DNA from: Catajapyx aquilonaris
Lineage: Eukaryota
DNA length: 64,000 nucleotides
Assembly (NCBI GenBank): GCA_000934665.2
Contig: KZ537960.1
Span: 1 to 64,000 of the forward strand
Reading direction: 5' to 3'
Shown here: in pieces, positions 49,717-63,062 of the stretch
Position numbering within the stretch: position 1 is the stretch's first letter
Layout of the letters: every line of letters starts with the position of its first letter
Notes under the pieces: model-generated
What the model was told of the DNA's origin: nothing
The model's input: only the letters and a program-made list of their open reading frames with translations
The model's database searches: none
Position numbers and translations under genes: made by a program

Positions 49717-52700
49717 CTAAGGAGGACGTCTTTAAGAAGCTGATTCTGGGATGGTTCTCATACATCAAAGGTTTCCAACAGGGTGCTTCAGAAATACTGT
49801 ACATTTGTGGGTTGTACTGGCCTATTTACACAGTAATGAAGACAGACTTCGGGTGTCCAATGTTGCAAAAGCGATACAATACCAGCCATCACACTATACC
49901 CACACGCAAACAACAGGAGTGCATAACACGTTGTTATACTGACACCTCTGATCCGGGTGGAATAAACTGCAGATACAGGGTTTTATCCTCAGGGGCGATA
50001 TCAGCAAACACCAGATGGCCCGTTTCGACCGATTTCCTAATCACTAGCCCTCATTACGCTAAAACAATAGAGTGTGTGACTGCTAATCGTGTGACGCGTG
50101 AGTAATATCCTTTGAACGGCCGCAAAATGCTGCGGACAAATTCAATTACTGTGTGTGCAGCTGGACCAGTGTTGGTATTAATTTCTGATAAAAAGGGACC
50201 AGATTTAAAACATGGTTCAGTTGGCATAGCTCCATGAAATTTCTGCTTGATGCATTTTTGAAGAGAGCTTTTCAAGCACGGCTTTAGCTGCATTTGTTTG
50301 ACGAGAGAAGCACTCATGTGGAACATCCTTGCATTATTTATTTTCATTTTTTTTTTTCAAATACAGGGTTATCAAACAGGACTGTATTGATTTTATGAGT
50401 GTTTACCAGATTCTGTAGAGTAAATCGAACCATCTGAAGTTCTGAAAACCTGCTGGATTATTTAGTATACGTAAGGATCTGTGGGTGCACGAATAAATTC
50501 GATCCGCTCTATTGTTGCACATACTTTCATCCGATTGGAAAATCCAAGATCACAGTCGTAGGAAATCTATGCATCCTTTGACGAGGTGGGGGGGGGGGGG
50601 GNGGGGAGCGTTGGAAAGCTCACAATGCCAAAAATTGTGTAGGCAATGTATGCCCAGCATCCTGCAAACAGTATACGCAATTCGCCTACCCTCTACCACC
50701 CCCCAAAAAATGCATCTGCAAAATTGAACGCCCTCTAGGAAATGCACGCTTGCGCAATGGAACTCACATAGATTTGGACAATTAAATAACATTATGAAGA
50801 TAAACATGACTTGAATATTCATTAATTGCACGATTATGAATATATTTGATGGACAGTCCATGAAGCTGTGTTAAATAATGGGTTTAATTACTGTTGTGGT
50901 AATGATCAAGTGTAGAGAAATACCAGAAAGCAACATGAGACTTTATCGAGTATCGTTTTTCTAATGCCAACGTACAGTGTGTGTCATGCGCATCAGAGCT
51001 CATTGAACTTAGTATGTCATACATGCAGTGATATGTGGTAGTGGCTTAGTTGAGGAGAGGACATATAGCTAGGGTGGAGTGGGATAGATTTTTTCATCTT
51101 CTCTGCGGATTTCACATCGATCCAACAGGTGCGCTTTTACCCGCATCCCGGTCAAAAGGAAATTAAGTTAGATTAAATTGGCGTTTGAAATTAAGCTCTC
51201 ATCCATTTGAGCTGCGACCTTTATCGTGTGGTATGACATGAAAGTGACTATCGTACTGTAATGTCAATTAGGATTCGAGGATAAATTAATGGGTGTTAGT
51301 TGTAATCCTTAATTTTCTGCTCTCAATTCATGTAAGCGATATGTTACTTATAATATAACTCACATGCACGTCCAGATCTGCGCACTTGGTCCTACAATCT
51401 ACTGAAGAACATTGCATTATTTATCACATGGCCCAAACAAAAACAGGACCAAAGTATGCGATACATTATCTTATCACCTATTGCTATCTATCATAAGCTG
51501 CGACAAAATAATAGTCGGCGATAATAAATTTTGGGCCAGTGGTCTCATTCTTGTTTTTAATTTGGTCATAAGGCGTGAAAAAAAGATGTATTGTCACGTC
51601 ACGTCTGGAAGAAGCGAGCTCCAGAGATGCCTTGATTGGATTTCTGCCTGTCTGTTGAATTCTTGAGCCACATGCCATCCGTGACCAACATCCTTCCCGA
51701 TGGATTTTTCGCACCAAGGCTCTTCATAGTTATAGTACTTGTCTTGAATTTTTATAGATCAAAGTTCTTGGATGGGCGTTGGTATCGTTGAGAAAGACAC
51801 TTAAACATTTTTTTGTGGGACCAAGAAACTGAAGATGGGAACTAATGTTGCTAACAGCTTATGTATATTCATATACAAAATGTGCAATTTTCTTTTGAGG
51901 TCATTCCTCTTGTTTTCCTAAATTACCTTTACCTCACCAGCATTTCGGCAAAGTACTTCATCCTGCTCAGCGGCATGTTCTTATCGTGGATTTGTCATGT
52001 CCGTAGATAAAAAATATATCTCCGGAGTCGCTCGGGAGTCATATAGTTGGTACGTGGGCGGCATAAATTTGAAGATGACGTCGCTTTTCATACGACCGTA
52101 GAGACTCATGAATGTCGACTTGTTGCTCTTAAAACAAGTCTTTGTTAGGATAGAGTGGAATTATCATATTTTTGTGATGGAAAGGCCTGTCAAAACCATT
52201 CCAGCGACATTAACTTAGAGAGATGGATTAGCCACGAAGAAAATAGGTATGGATAGATTTTCAGTATTTTTTATAACATGTCAGTAAACTGGAATAGTTA
52301 TTTACATATTCCATCCCATTTTTGAAGAAAGATGCGATATTCACTTTTGGTCCTTGCTGTCTATGCCAATTCCAACTTGTCATCAACTCGATGAGTAAAT
52401 CGTGCTGTCAAAGAAAGATGCATAGCATTCTATCTCCAGTCAAAGGACAAAAAAAATGCAAATAGCTAGAGCATTCCTGAAATATCTTCATCCGCTCGCA
52501 TCCACAGCTGGTCCTAGCAATGTCTCTGACAAATGTGTAACCAAAAGCACAGCCGGCGGCAATTTGAGCATCCATCTCTCTCCCAATTTCCAGTTTTGCA
52601 TATAGTTGGGGGGTGGGGGGACTGATACTGACATATCCGGATGCGGCCAAGACCACCAGCTGAGATCATGGTTTATGTAAAAATCCTCACCTGCAGACGA

Positions 52701-53590
52701 GTTGTTGTTTGTTGACTTTTCTTTCCCTCCATGAAAGCATCCATCAACTCTTTCCCACTCACCTCTTAGTCCGTTAACTTGGGCGTTAACTACAGGCTTT
52801 AAGTGTAGCAAATAATGAAATTAATCTGAAAGGAATCTTATACGAGCATTAACTTATTCTTGTTTCATTGTAAATTCCACTGAATCGTAAATCTTATATT
52901 TTATTAATCCTGACATATTAAATCCACCTGAAGCATTCCAAGTAGTACAGTACAATATATTGACTTTGATGGTGTAACTTGAAACACAGAAGCTTGTTTG
53001 GATAATGGACCAATCTAGCACAAACTTATATCGATAAAGGCAGGGATTGATCTACTCAAAAAACTAATTTAATGTACGGTAGTTTGGCAATAAGCTGCAG
53101 TGTTCATTAGTAATGGATATGACAAAAAAATGCCCTTGGGCTAAACCCTGTTCATTACTTTAGTTCTGGAAAATGACGCAACTCGTAACGCAGGCTATTA
53201 CAAGTATACTGCAGGGTAATGTAATCTCAAGGGGGAAACTTGCAGATATTTTATGAACACTAGCAACTTTTTCTCAAGGTCACTTGTAATACAATGTATA
53301 CACTTGCATATTTACATTGCACCTTTTAAAGGCTTTAAACGCGCACAAAAAATTGGCAGAGCTTTTGATCGATAACATGAGAAGTAATGCAGAAACGTGA
53401 GTACTTCATCCTCCCAATCCCACACCCTCAAAGCAAAAAAATTGCATTCAAAATTCGTCAAATTTCCTTTTTTCCCCTCGAATAAAAGCCCTGCCTTAAA
53501 ATTCATGAAAAGGTGTCGCGTTGATGCCAATACAATATGCAACAAGACCGGAGATTGCCCCCTCACATTTGTAAGGAGACGCCAGAAATG

Positions 53591-56318
53591 TCACACTGCA
53601 TCTTCCTGTTCTTGGGTCCTATTGGTAGCTCGAGATGAAACCGTGGGTGCATCTGACACAGTGTAAGAGTCCACGTATTTACAGTTAGGAGCTACTCTTT
53701 TTAGCACCTTAAGTAGTGTGGGCCGTTTGCAGACGACTACTATGAAAATGAATACACCTTGTAAGGTGTTAATGAAGTCGGTAAAGTAAAAGTATACTCT
53801 ATGGACTTGCAACAGGTCTTGGCAAAGCTTGGAAACTACTTCCATCACCCAGCAGACACCCATCACTAGGAATAGTTTCAAAAATAGGGCGAACCTGTAA
53901 ATATTTAAATTAATTATTCATTTGCATATTGCCTAGTTTACAGCACTTACCGTCCTTTTTCAAAATTAACATTCTTTTTTCGTCGGCTAGACGATTTTCT
54001 GGCCACTCTTGTGTCCTGCTGACTACGATGAATAGCCAGGGCAGTCATCAGAAACAAAACCATATTGATTGATATAAGTACTACGACAGGGCTGTAGATG
54101 TACACTAGATCTTTCAAGGCACCTGCTGACAGAATTAAGCATAGTATTGTGAATGGAATTTGTCTGTAGGTGTTGTTACCATTGATCCAACAAGCTGGTT
54201 CGCCATATTTGGGTCTCAAGCTACTGGAAATTCCAGGCGCGTAGTCAATGGCGATAGAAGTGACTAGGATGATAGTTGGCACTCCGAATGCGAAAAGGCA
54301 ATATACCAGAAACTGTCGAGTCCCACGACCACTTCTTTCTAACGAGAAGGTAAGATTGCTGGAAAGAGAGACGAAGTTAGGACTTAAGAGCAGACTATAG
54401 CTCTATAGTACTTACCTGAAGTTCTTCCACATGTCGAAGCACATGACCGTGAGCCATGTGAATGCTGTGATGAAGAAAAAGTGTCCCAGTATCCCTGGCA
54501 AAATATTTGAATTAATTATCAGACACAAAATATAGTGGGGGGCAAAGTTGGTAAGATTTTCTTCGTAACGTAAACGTCAAGTTCACTGCTATGATTGGAA
54601 TTGTCGGAATGTTTCCACCTTTCCGACTAGGATAGATTGCTAGAAAATCACGGGATTCCGGAACCTTAATCTTGTTCAAGAGGAAGGTTCTTATCACGTT
54701 GGAGGAGGCCTTTTTTTTTTGCTCCATCTCAAGTTGGTGGAAAATCATTAAATTAAGCTGGTTGTCTGCTTTTTGAGCAAAGTATATGGTGGCTTAGAGA
54801 CACTGCGGTTAACGCTATCTCTCGAAGCATCACCCTGACTTTATTACCGTAGTGCTGCAAAAGGATAATTTATTGGGCCTAATTTGACTGTTAGAAGGTG
54901 GAAACTACAAACTTGCAGGAGTGTATTTCATGTCCTACCGACATCTCCTGGTATGGCTACAATACATGAGACAAGAGAGTAGCGGTGATTTTCTAACTCC
55001 CAGGATGAAATTCAAGAATGTTATAGCAGGCTGGTCCCTTTAAAAACTGTATTCATACGAAAGTATTACACTATTCGTGGTTTCCCGCTGAAACAGCATT
55101 TTTAACACTTAGTTATGCAGAAAGGGGTAATAATTTTTGATGTTTTTTTAACTCATTGCGGAACGCTTGCTAGACCAAATTGTAAAATGCACAGTAAAAC
55201 ACGGAGTTTATAGGTGGGTGGGGCAACCATGCATAATTGATGCATTATGTTGGATAATTAGGGGGAGTGCACTGTTTCAAAATTATGCAAACCAATGACG
55301 TTTTAGCAGTTTAGTGTAACTTGAAATTGTAACTATTTTTTTGCATGCTCTTATACCGCAGTTTGGCATCTGTGCGGATTTGTTTTTGACAGGTTATTTG
55401 TGCCTCATTTTCACTTTGAACACACGGTAACACCCTAGTGCATCCCTCATTATATTATAGCATTTAATTAGCAGTATGTAATAAGGATTTTTCATATAGC
55501 ACCGCACTGTACACTACAGTACAGTATATGCAAATAATGTAGTTTATTCCACGAGAGTCGGAATTGTATACTGTACAGTATATAACTATATACCAACATC
55601 ACTGCTGTATTACCCTTTTACTTGTACAGTATGTACAGTACACGTACAAATAAATACCACAAGAGCACTTACCTATTATTTTGCAACTGACGCCTTGGAA
55701 GTTCCCCAGCATTCCCATCGTCAGAAGAACATACAGGGAATTTAAACTAACGACGTGACTGACAACCAACTTCCCGTGGAGATTCCGCTTTTCGGGTAGC
55801 AGTAACAGGACCACGAGCGTGCACAGCAAGCAAATAATGGACGGGATCAGACCCACCGAGAATAATATCGTCGCGATCTTCTGATAATAACGATCGGATT
55901 CCTCCTCGTCATTCTCTTCTGAAAAGCATGTTGACACCACTGCATACCCATCCTGGACATCATACACATATTCGTAGTCCACACAGTAGTCGGAGAGTCC
56001 GTGCACGGTTCCATTGGTAAGTAGGTAGAACTCTTGTTCTCCTTCGTCATTCACAAAGGGCTCCACGTAGTAGTCGTCCCCACAGTTCAGCGGTTTTTCG
56101 ATGAGTTGATAGTCAGAAAAGTTGGTTGCTAGGTCGTTTGGTGAAGGGTACGTGTAGAAGAGTAATTGCCAGGCAAATGAGGGATCCACTACTGGGACAC
56201 ATGACAAGTTGAAGTTGTAGATGTATCCTAAGGGACAGCACTTGGGAATGCTGATGATTGTTGAGAGGGCTGGATGTAGAAGAAGTACCCATGGTGCTAT
56301 TCTGCCCGGGGTTGACAT
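53591..56318 (-). CDS. Methuselah-like class B GPCR, 5 exons: 55673-56318, 54416-54494, 54180-54358, 53951-54122, 53591-53894
   Basis: Signal peptide, ectodomain motifs IPKCCP and YCVD, RNLHGK, FFFITAFTWLTVMCFDMW, PKYGEPACW, FLKLFLVMGVCWVMEVVS and TDFINTLQGVFIFIVVVCK. Confidence 0.92.
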
Positions 56319-57089
56319 TATTAGATGAATAAAGGCGTTGAAGTGTAGAATTTTGTTATGCCAAATCTTTGGGCTGATACCTGAGTTCAAAAACAGGAAA
56401 CAACCTGCACGGCTATAGGATGTGGGAATTTCGTGTAATCGGGAGAACCGTCAATGTTGTGGTTTCTTGCATTTTGCATATACTGTATCCCATGCAAATG
56501 TTTGAGGAGCTAGTCTTCAAAATGCAGTTTGTCCTAATCGAGTCAAAATACACTATACGGTACTGTATTGCAATCGATAATGAGTTAACTAACACCTTAG
56601 ATAACCACTAAAAGTAACCTCTTTAAAATATGTAGTTAGTGCCAAAATCACTAACCTCTGCGTTCATTTCATTTGTAACACCCTGTATGTTCTTAAAAGA
56701 ATCCTCTGTGGCCCAGCAGTTCTTTTTAGAAGTGTGTATGACTTAATACAAAGTACCCTTAGAATTGTACTGTACTTAGAGCATGTAGTGTTCTGTATAC
56801 CTTGGCTATGAATTTTATAAACCGTGGGATCAACTGATAGGACTTGAGGATCAATAATTTAAAGCGATGCCCAGAAGTATGCCCATTCATGATACAGTAT
56901 ATTTTAAATATTAGACATCAATTTTACATGGTATCAAATTACAGGCTAAATATGCAGTGACGAACTGCAAACGTTAGGAAATAACAATCATTCTAGTTTC
57001 CCTGGCCTTCAACAAACACACCCCTGAGGATAAAAAATACTTAAGCATTGTTACTACATTCTGTACCTCTGCAAGGAACCATTGTGAGA

Positions 57090-57235
57090 GCTGGCTTATG
57101 AAATCCAACTTACAGGTTAGGTTTTTCAAGGCATGTATTTGGGATGAAAAGGTATTATATTCTCTTTGAGACCTTCCTTTCTGTTGAACAATATTTCAGT
57201 ATTTCAAACTGAAGCCCACAATAACTTTATTTACC
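57090..57235 (+). repeat. Dispersed repeat, copy 1 (homologous to 63063-63204)
   Basis: Shared TGGCTTAYGAAATCYAACTTA...TTTTTCAAGGCATGTATTTGGG...TTCTCTTTGAGACCTT...AACAATATTTCA...GAAGCCCA...ACTTTATTTACC. Confidence 0.8.
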
Positions 57236-57507
57236 CCCTGACTCTAAGTAAGTGAAGGGATACAATCAAAACAAGCACTATGAAAAAATTAATTCGGTGT
57301 AAGACAACCCGTCCCTTATTTCCTGAGTGGGTTCGAAAAAAATTCAAGATAATAAATAGGTTTTGCAGTGTAACATAATTGAGTTTAAATCAAAATCGTT
57401 GGCATTTTTTTCTAAATGACACCACACGTCAAAACACGTTGGCTCACATCGTGAGGGCGTAAACAGGTCTTTATGCAGAAGCTTATACCTTTATCACAAG
57501 AGCCCCC

Positions 57508-57609
57508 GCGCGACTTTAAATCAATGCTGTCATTTTCTGATACTAAGAACATGTAGGCCCCTACATGTTCATATTATCAGAAAATGGCAGCATTTATTTA
57601 AAGTCGCGC
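57508..57609. repeat. 102-nt near-perfect palindrome / hairpin
   Basis: 50-bp arms with 4 differences separated by a 2-nt spacer. Confidence 0.9.
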
Positions 57610-58115
57610 ATCATTTTAGCAGTTGGAAACTCGAAAAATTTATTTGTTAGTTCTTGTTAATTGACGTTGAAAATACACATCAATTTCATAACAATAGTAC
57701 CTCTATAAAGGTATGTCTACACAGTACACATGTTACAAACCCAAGATGCGGAGTCTCTGCCGATACCGCCGGTATATCTGTTGCTGGAAGTTACACAGCA
57801 ATAATAATTCATCACAATATGAAATAACGACTCGTAAAATATCGCCATTGCAAATATATCGGTTTATTTATGCCCTCAAACACATGCAATCCGTACACAA
57901 TAATTATGAGGATAAAAATAATGAGGTGGTAACAAAAACAATGGCGATCACATTAATGGAATTTTTTGTCACACTCTAACAAAAACTTGGCATAAATCAG
58001 TGCTGAATAACGGACTATTTCCAGCAGTCACTCTAAATGTTCAGATTCATTAAACCATCATTCCCCGAACTCTGCAAACCCTCTGAACCATGCACACTCC
58101 TGCAATACAGGAATA

Positions 58116-59300
58116 TTACTGGCAGGAAAATACATATAGTAGTGATAACATGAATATGGTCGCAGCCGGAAACGCAAACAGCCCGGGAATCACTTCAATC
58201 CCAAACGCATCCAGCAAGTCAATCAGCATCACAACTCCGTACCGTGTGAAAAATTGGAGTATGTTACGTCTTATTGTCTCAGACAGCTTTACTTGCAGGC
58301 ACAGTGATGTTCTGACTCTGACCTTTTTGCGCAACTGGATCAGTCCAGAAATAGTGATTTGGTTACACTTGGTCAACACCACATCACGAAGCGACGCGCA
58401 TCTGGAGATGGCTTCCAGGCAGGAGTCGTCCAGGTTGAAGATTCTGTCGAGTTCCAGAGTTTTCAACTGTATCTGGGGTCTGGAGAAGAAGGCTTGAATC
58501 GCTGGAGAGGTCAGGCTGCAGGGGCCTTGCAGAGTGAGGAGACGGAGGTTGGTCAGCTGGCCGAGACCTTCCAGGAGGCCGTCGTCGGTGATTCTGCAGT
58601 GGTAAAAGTCCAGGAACTCCAGCTGCTGGAACTGGCCAAGGAGAAGGAAGGACCCTGGATGCAGAAGACAAATGGAAAGAGAACGCAAGTGTCCTGAGGA
58701 AGTGGAGGCCAACAGGTCGAGTTCACTGTCGGCAGGGCGGTTATGAGGCCGGAGGTCCACCCTCTGGAGGCGTGTCCAGCGACGTTCTATGGTATTGTTC
58801 AGCAGCGGTGGGCGTTTGCGTTTCCCATTGTCCAGGCATAACATCTCCAGGTGGTCGCAGGGAGCAAGGATGTCCAGCAGGTGAGGAAAGCAACGGCATG
58901 CAAGCCTACACCTACTGATCTGTACGTCTCTAAGGTGATGGCCACATCGTTGGACAAGTCGGGGGAGAGTGGACATCTTTTCCACTTTGACTCCCCACAA
59001 CTTCAGCTTGTCCAACTTGGACACTGAGTCCAGAATGTCGTCGCACTTGAACCAGGACTTGTAGCCGACCACGGTCAAACGGCGCAACTTTGTGGTCATC
59101 TGGATCAGTCTGAGGGCTTCTTGGACGTCCATCTTGAACAGGTCGATGCGTAGCCGTATCGAGAGGGTTTTATCCCGGGACAGAGTGGCCCATCTTTTGG
59201 ACACCAACGGGACACTCCTCACCAGGTCGTCTGGGGTCAAGTAAGCAAATATGTGGAGAAGAAGCTCGTCGGGCATTGCAAAGAATGGGTCGTGAACAGC
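58116..59300 (-). CDS. F-box / leucine-rich repeat protein; one large coding exon with first in-exon ATG at 59276 and a possible upstream exon
   Basis: F-box MPDELLLHIFAYLTPDDLVRSVPLVSKRWATLS and AMN1/RNI-type LRRs (ITDDGL, LDDSCLEAISRCASLRDVVLTKCNQITISGL). An acceptor at 59302/59301 keeps the frame open to the ATG. Confidence 0.88.
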   Translation of the reverse strand, partial: AVHDPFFAMPDELLLHIFAYLTPDDLVRSVPLVSKRWATLSRDKTLSIRLRIDLFKMDVQEALRLIQMTTKLRRLTVVGYKSWFKCDDILDSVSKLDKLKLWGVKVEKMSTLPRLVQRCGHHLRDVQISRCRLACRCFPHLLDILAPCDHLEMLCLDNGKRKRPPLLNNTIERRWTRLQRVDLRPHNRPADSELDLLASTSSGHLRSLSICLLHPGSFLLLGQFQQLEFLDFYHCRITDDGLLEGLGQLTNLRLLTLQGPCSLTSPAIQAFFSRPQIQLKTLELDRIFNLDDSCLEAISRCASLRDVVLTKCNQITISGLIQLRKKVRVRTSLCLQVKLSETIRRNILQFFTRYGVVMLIDLLDAFGIEVIPGLFAFPAATIFMLSLLYVFSCQ

Positions 59301-59542
59301 CTAAAATAAAGAGAAATTTCTGTCAGTACATACGCAGATGTTATTGTGCAATCATTTTTTCAAATTTCAAATCTGTCCATTTCGTAGCAATGAGTACAGT
59401 ACGATCATGCCTGGACGCGTAACCTAATTCTGTGGATGTTTTCGGATAATAGAAAGGAAATTTAGTAGCCTCAATATCCTAATCGCAAAATGCATGCTTG
59501 AACTCCACATATTGATGCGTTATTGTATATGCGTATTTTATA

Positions 59543-59947
59543 CAGGGTGGTCCAACTTTTTTGTCCGAACAGCTATTGACAAATTCGGCCTAAGCTGCTT
59601 ATGTTGTAGTGCGTTACCTGGCAACTCTGTCCGGCGGTCCAATTCAAACATCAGCCCATGGAGAGCGCTTCCATTGTTGCCACTGTTTACAAATCGAGTG
59701 AGTGACGCGGACGACCCAGCGACGGGTCTCTGCCTGCTTACACATCAGTAGCAAGGGATAAGCAGGGAAAATAATGATGTTACTAAGAACAAGCCAATGA
59801 CAATGGAAAGAACACTTAGCACTCGTCTCCATGTGCTGATGTTTGAATTGGCCCGCCGGCCGGGGTTGCCGGGTAACGCACTACAACATAAGCAGCTTAG
59901 GCCGAATTTGTCAATAGCTGTTCGGACAAAAAAGTTGGACCACCCTG
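59543..59947. mobile_element. Tc1/mariner-type MITE with ~125-bp TIRs
   Basis: TA|CAGGGTGGTCCAACTTTTTTGTCCGAACAGCTATTGACAAATTCGGCC... and a near-identical reverse complement ending CACCCTG|TA. Confidence 0.9.
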
Positions 59948-60726
59948 TATATGCATTTCTGTCATTTACAATGCATCTGGTAGGCACGGCAAAGTCAATA
60001 CAAGTAATTGTGAATTTACAATAAACATTCAAGAAAAAGTGTAGCTGCCACCAAGGCAGTTTTCTACTCCCTGCAATAATAATAATAATAAGATCCATGA
60101 TAATATTACCACGTGCTGTTGGATGTTCATTCTTCCGACGGCCATTTGTGCTAAAGATGTACAACCTGATCGGAGAAAAAGAAACAATTAAATCACTAAT
60201 TTTGCCCATGGCCGTACATTTTATGCCATTCAGTTTGTACGAATGATATTCCCAACCATCTGGGTGTTCTCATATATGAGTTGTTACAAATAAATAGGAA
60301 TTATTAACTTCTCAATATCCAGTATTAGTCACTTCGTTTTATATGTCACCTTTCTTAGATATTCAGTACCGTATATTTAATTTCGTTAAGGGGGCGCATC
60401 AGCCTTACACTGCACTCCCCATTATTGTCCGTGCCTTGTCCGTGCTAATGTGTTGTAAAGTGTTGCATTTGCCGTGAGTTCCTCATCCATCCCATGAGCC
60501 ATAACCGACCCCGAAAGGGAAAAGAGGTTGACAGGTTGACCCTCATTTGGGTGGCCCACAACAATTCTTACCATTTTTCTACAAGGTGTTCCATTTTTCC
60601 CTAGATTTATTTCGACCACTTTTTCAGATTCTTCCCTCTTTCCCTGGAGCACACACTTTTCCCCTAAATCTATGGAAATTTCCCCAGATCTGGCAACACT
60701 GCCGCTAAGTTCCACCAAATTATAGT

Positions 60727-61038
60727 CCAGGTGAAGTTGTATAGTTTCGCTAATATTTTATGTTAATTTTGACTTCTGTGAGAAGTTTTTTTTAGGATGA
60801 TATGTTACAAAATCAACTTGTCGACATGATTTTCCCTACATATTACAGCAACCATCTTGGAAAAATGGCGGCAAAAAGTAATTTTTGCCTTATTTTATGA
60901 ACAGTTAATATCAAAATGTAAAATGGCGACAAGTTGATTTTTTAACCTTCTTATCACCATGCTCCCGAACTTCCCGCAAACAGATCAAAATTAATCCAGA
61001 ATTTGAGCGAAACTGATTTTTTGAACAATTCCACCTGG
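60727..61038. mobile_element. Old MITE with long degenerate inverted repeats
   Basis: CCAGGTGRARTTGT...AGTTTCGCT...TTAATTTTGA...AAAATCAACTTGTCG is mirrored on the right end. Confidence 0.65.
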
Positions 61039-63062
61039 TTCCTGGGGTTTTCCCTGTCTACCTCCCCCCCCCCTCCCTACCCCCTCCCACGGCCGCACTC
61101 TTCAAGCGGCCGTGCCCCCTCCCACCACCAAAATTCTTAATCCTCAAAAGAGTTTCGCTTCCAAACCAAACCCCTTTGAGGATTAAGCACGTGGATTAAG
61201 CCTGTTGGGAAGTGGGGCATTTTGGTGGTGGTGGGGGTGATATGGTCTTTGGGTAGACGGGGAAAACCCAGGAACTCTGCACGGAGGAATGCCGACTTGC
61301 TCCTCTATCTGTGGAGGGCTAGACCCGGGGCAGACCGCCCTCTGGATTTTTTGGGGGGTGAAGATAATCCTGCCTTTCCCTTGACTTGAGTTTGGGGAGG
61401 ATCCGGCCCGGGGCAGCCCGCCCCCGGATGAGTGAATCCAATATTGCACTTTTGGGAAACTGATGCACTGCAATAAATGATGTAAATGTGCTGTACTAGC
61501 TCACTGCCCATAACAGTACTGACCATATAACATAGGCACATATGGTGCAAGCATATAGGCGGGCATCATATTGTAAATATTTGGAGGCAATATGTTGTAT
61601 TATTAATTGATCTTATGAAAGTGAAGACGATGCTGCAATGTCAGCACATCCTGAAAATGGAGAAGAAAAGCATGCAACAACAAGAATTGGAATTCAGACT
61701 AACCTGTAATAATCTGGCACGAATGAAATTATTTCACTGATCTATTGTTCTCATGTTATGACAACAGGGCGCATGCAGTGTGATGCTGAGACATAATTAT
61801 GCTGTCATATCTCCCCCAAAATATGTGTTGAATACAGAACTGATGGGCAAATATTCATATCTTTGCTCCAGATTGTGCAAAAAATTGGTTTCTATGGGTT
61901 TGGGACGTTTCAGAGTTTGGAGATGTACTGCAATTTCACGGGCCACTTTTTTCACCCCTTGCACATGCCCACTCTTCACAATATCTTTTCTTAAGAGTCG
62001 TTTTCAGGAGAGCAAGGGGCACAGTAATATTTAAGAAATCGCATTCCTGGGCCAACATTTCGCTCTTTTTCCACGGCTTGAACTATACATGCTGGTATAC
62101 GGCCAGAGAGCGGCCTTGTTGGGCTCTAGCACTCAAAAACTTAAGAATGTGGCCATAGAATGGAGGTACGCTACCTTAAAGAGTGGACATCTGTAGTCCG
62201 CCATCATCAGAGCAGGGGACAAGTGAACTGGTGTGAACACTTGGTCCAGTCCAAGAAGTCCTGACAACGGAAGAGAAGCAAGGCCACCACCTTCCTAGCC
62301 CCGTTCAGTCGCCAGAATTATTCACACCAAATATTTCCAGTCAGACGGTCCTTTCCGAACCAATAGTGTGATTCAGAAGTCGTTCACTTTCATGCTGGCC
62401 TACTGGTTTTCCCTTTCGTTAAGACTCTTATCTTGGGACACCCCGGAGGCACCTCTTTGAGGTTTGAGCCGACTGGGGGGAAGAAAAGATATAGGCTGTC
62501 CAAGAAGGCTAGAAAAGGCAAAGGCAACCCAAAAATAGGCAATATACCCGTGTTGAAAAAAGATAGCCTCATCCTTTCCTCCGGTGTTCAACACATTGGT
62601 GGGAGGGTTGGACAGCTTCTTCAACTAAAAGGAAGTCTTCTTCAAGCGGCCGTGGTGCCTGCGCCGTCCTAGGGGGGGGGGGGGGGNGGGGGGGGGGGGG
62701 CTGAGTCGCATATGAATAATTATTTTTTCAAGATTTTATTGCAGTGTCACATTTTCGACAATAAGCTTGGAATTGCTCAATGTAGTCGATGATGTAGTCC
62801 AAAATGAAGTCCTTATGATGGCCAAGACATTTTTCTGCTGGAGCAAGAACAGCCTCTTGGAGAAACGTCTAGCAAAAATTGAAGCCTCGTTTTTGGGAGG
62901 CGAGCCCAGGTAACCTTCACATTGTAGGTGGGTCAGGGGTCATCTCATTGAGCGATAGGCAAACGGAATGTTGTAGACATGAATTGGTAACCCTGAGCGA
63001 CAATATAATTCTGCATGAGCGGTGAACACCGGATGGTCAGCGCCTTCCAAATTTAGAGTGGA

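Noticed and set aside
41400..53300. Many 60-140 aa ORFs in the ABHD15-mthl interval
   Set aside because: No recognisable domains or consistent exon chains, apart from one weak MADF-like fragment; treated as intronic or intergenic.
59494..60209. ORFs on both strands sharing YTGWSNFFVRTAIDKF
   Set aside because: Artefact of translating the MITE's inverted repeats.
62673..62700. G-quadruplex-like poly-G runs (also ~35527 and ~50588)
   Set aside because: They contain or abut N bases, so length and sequence are unreliable.
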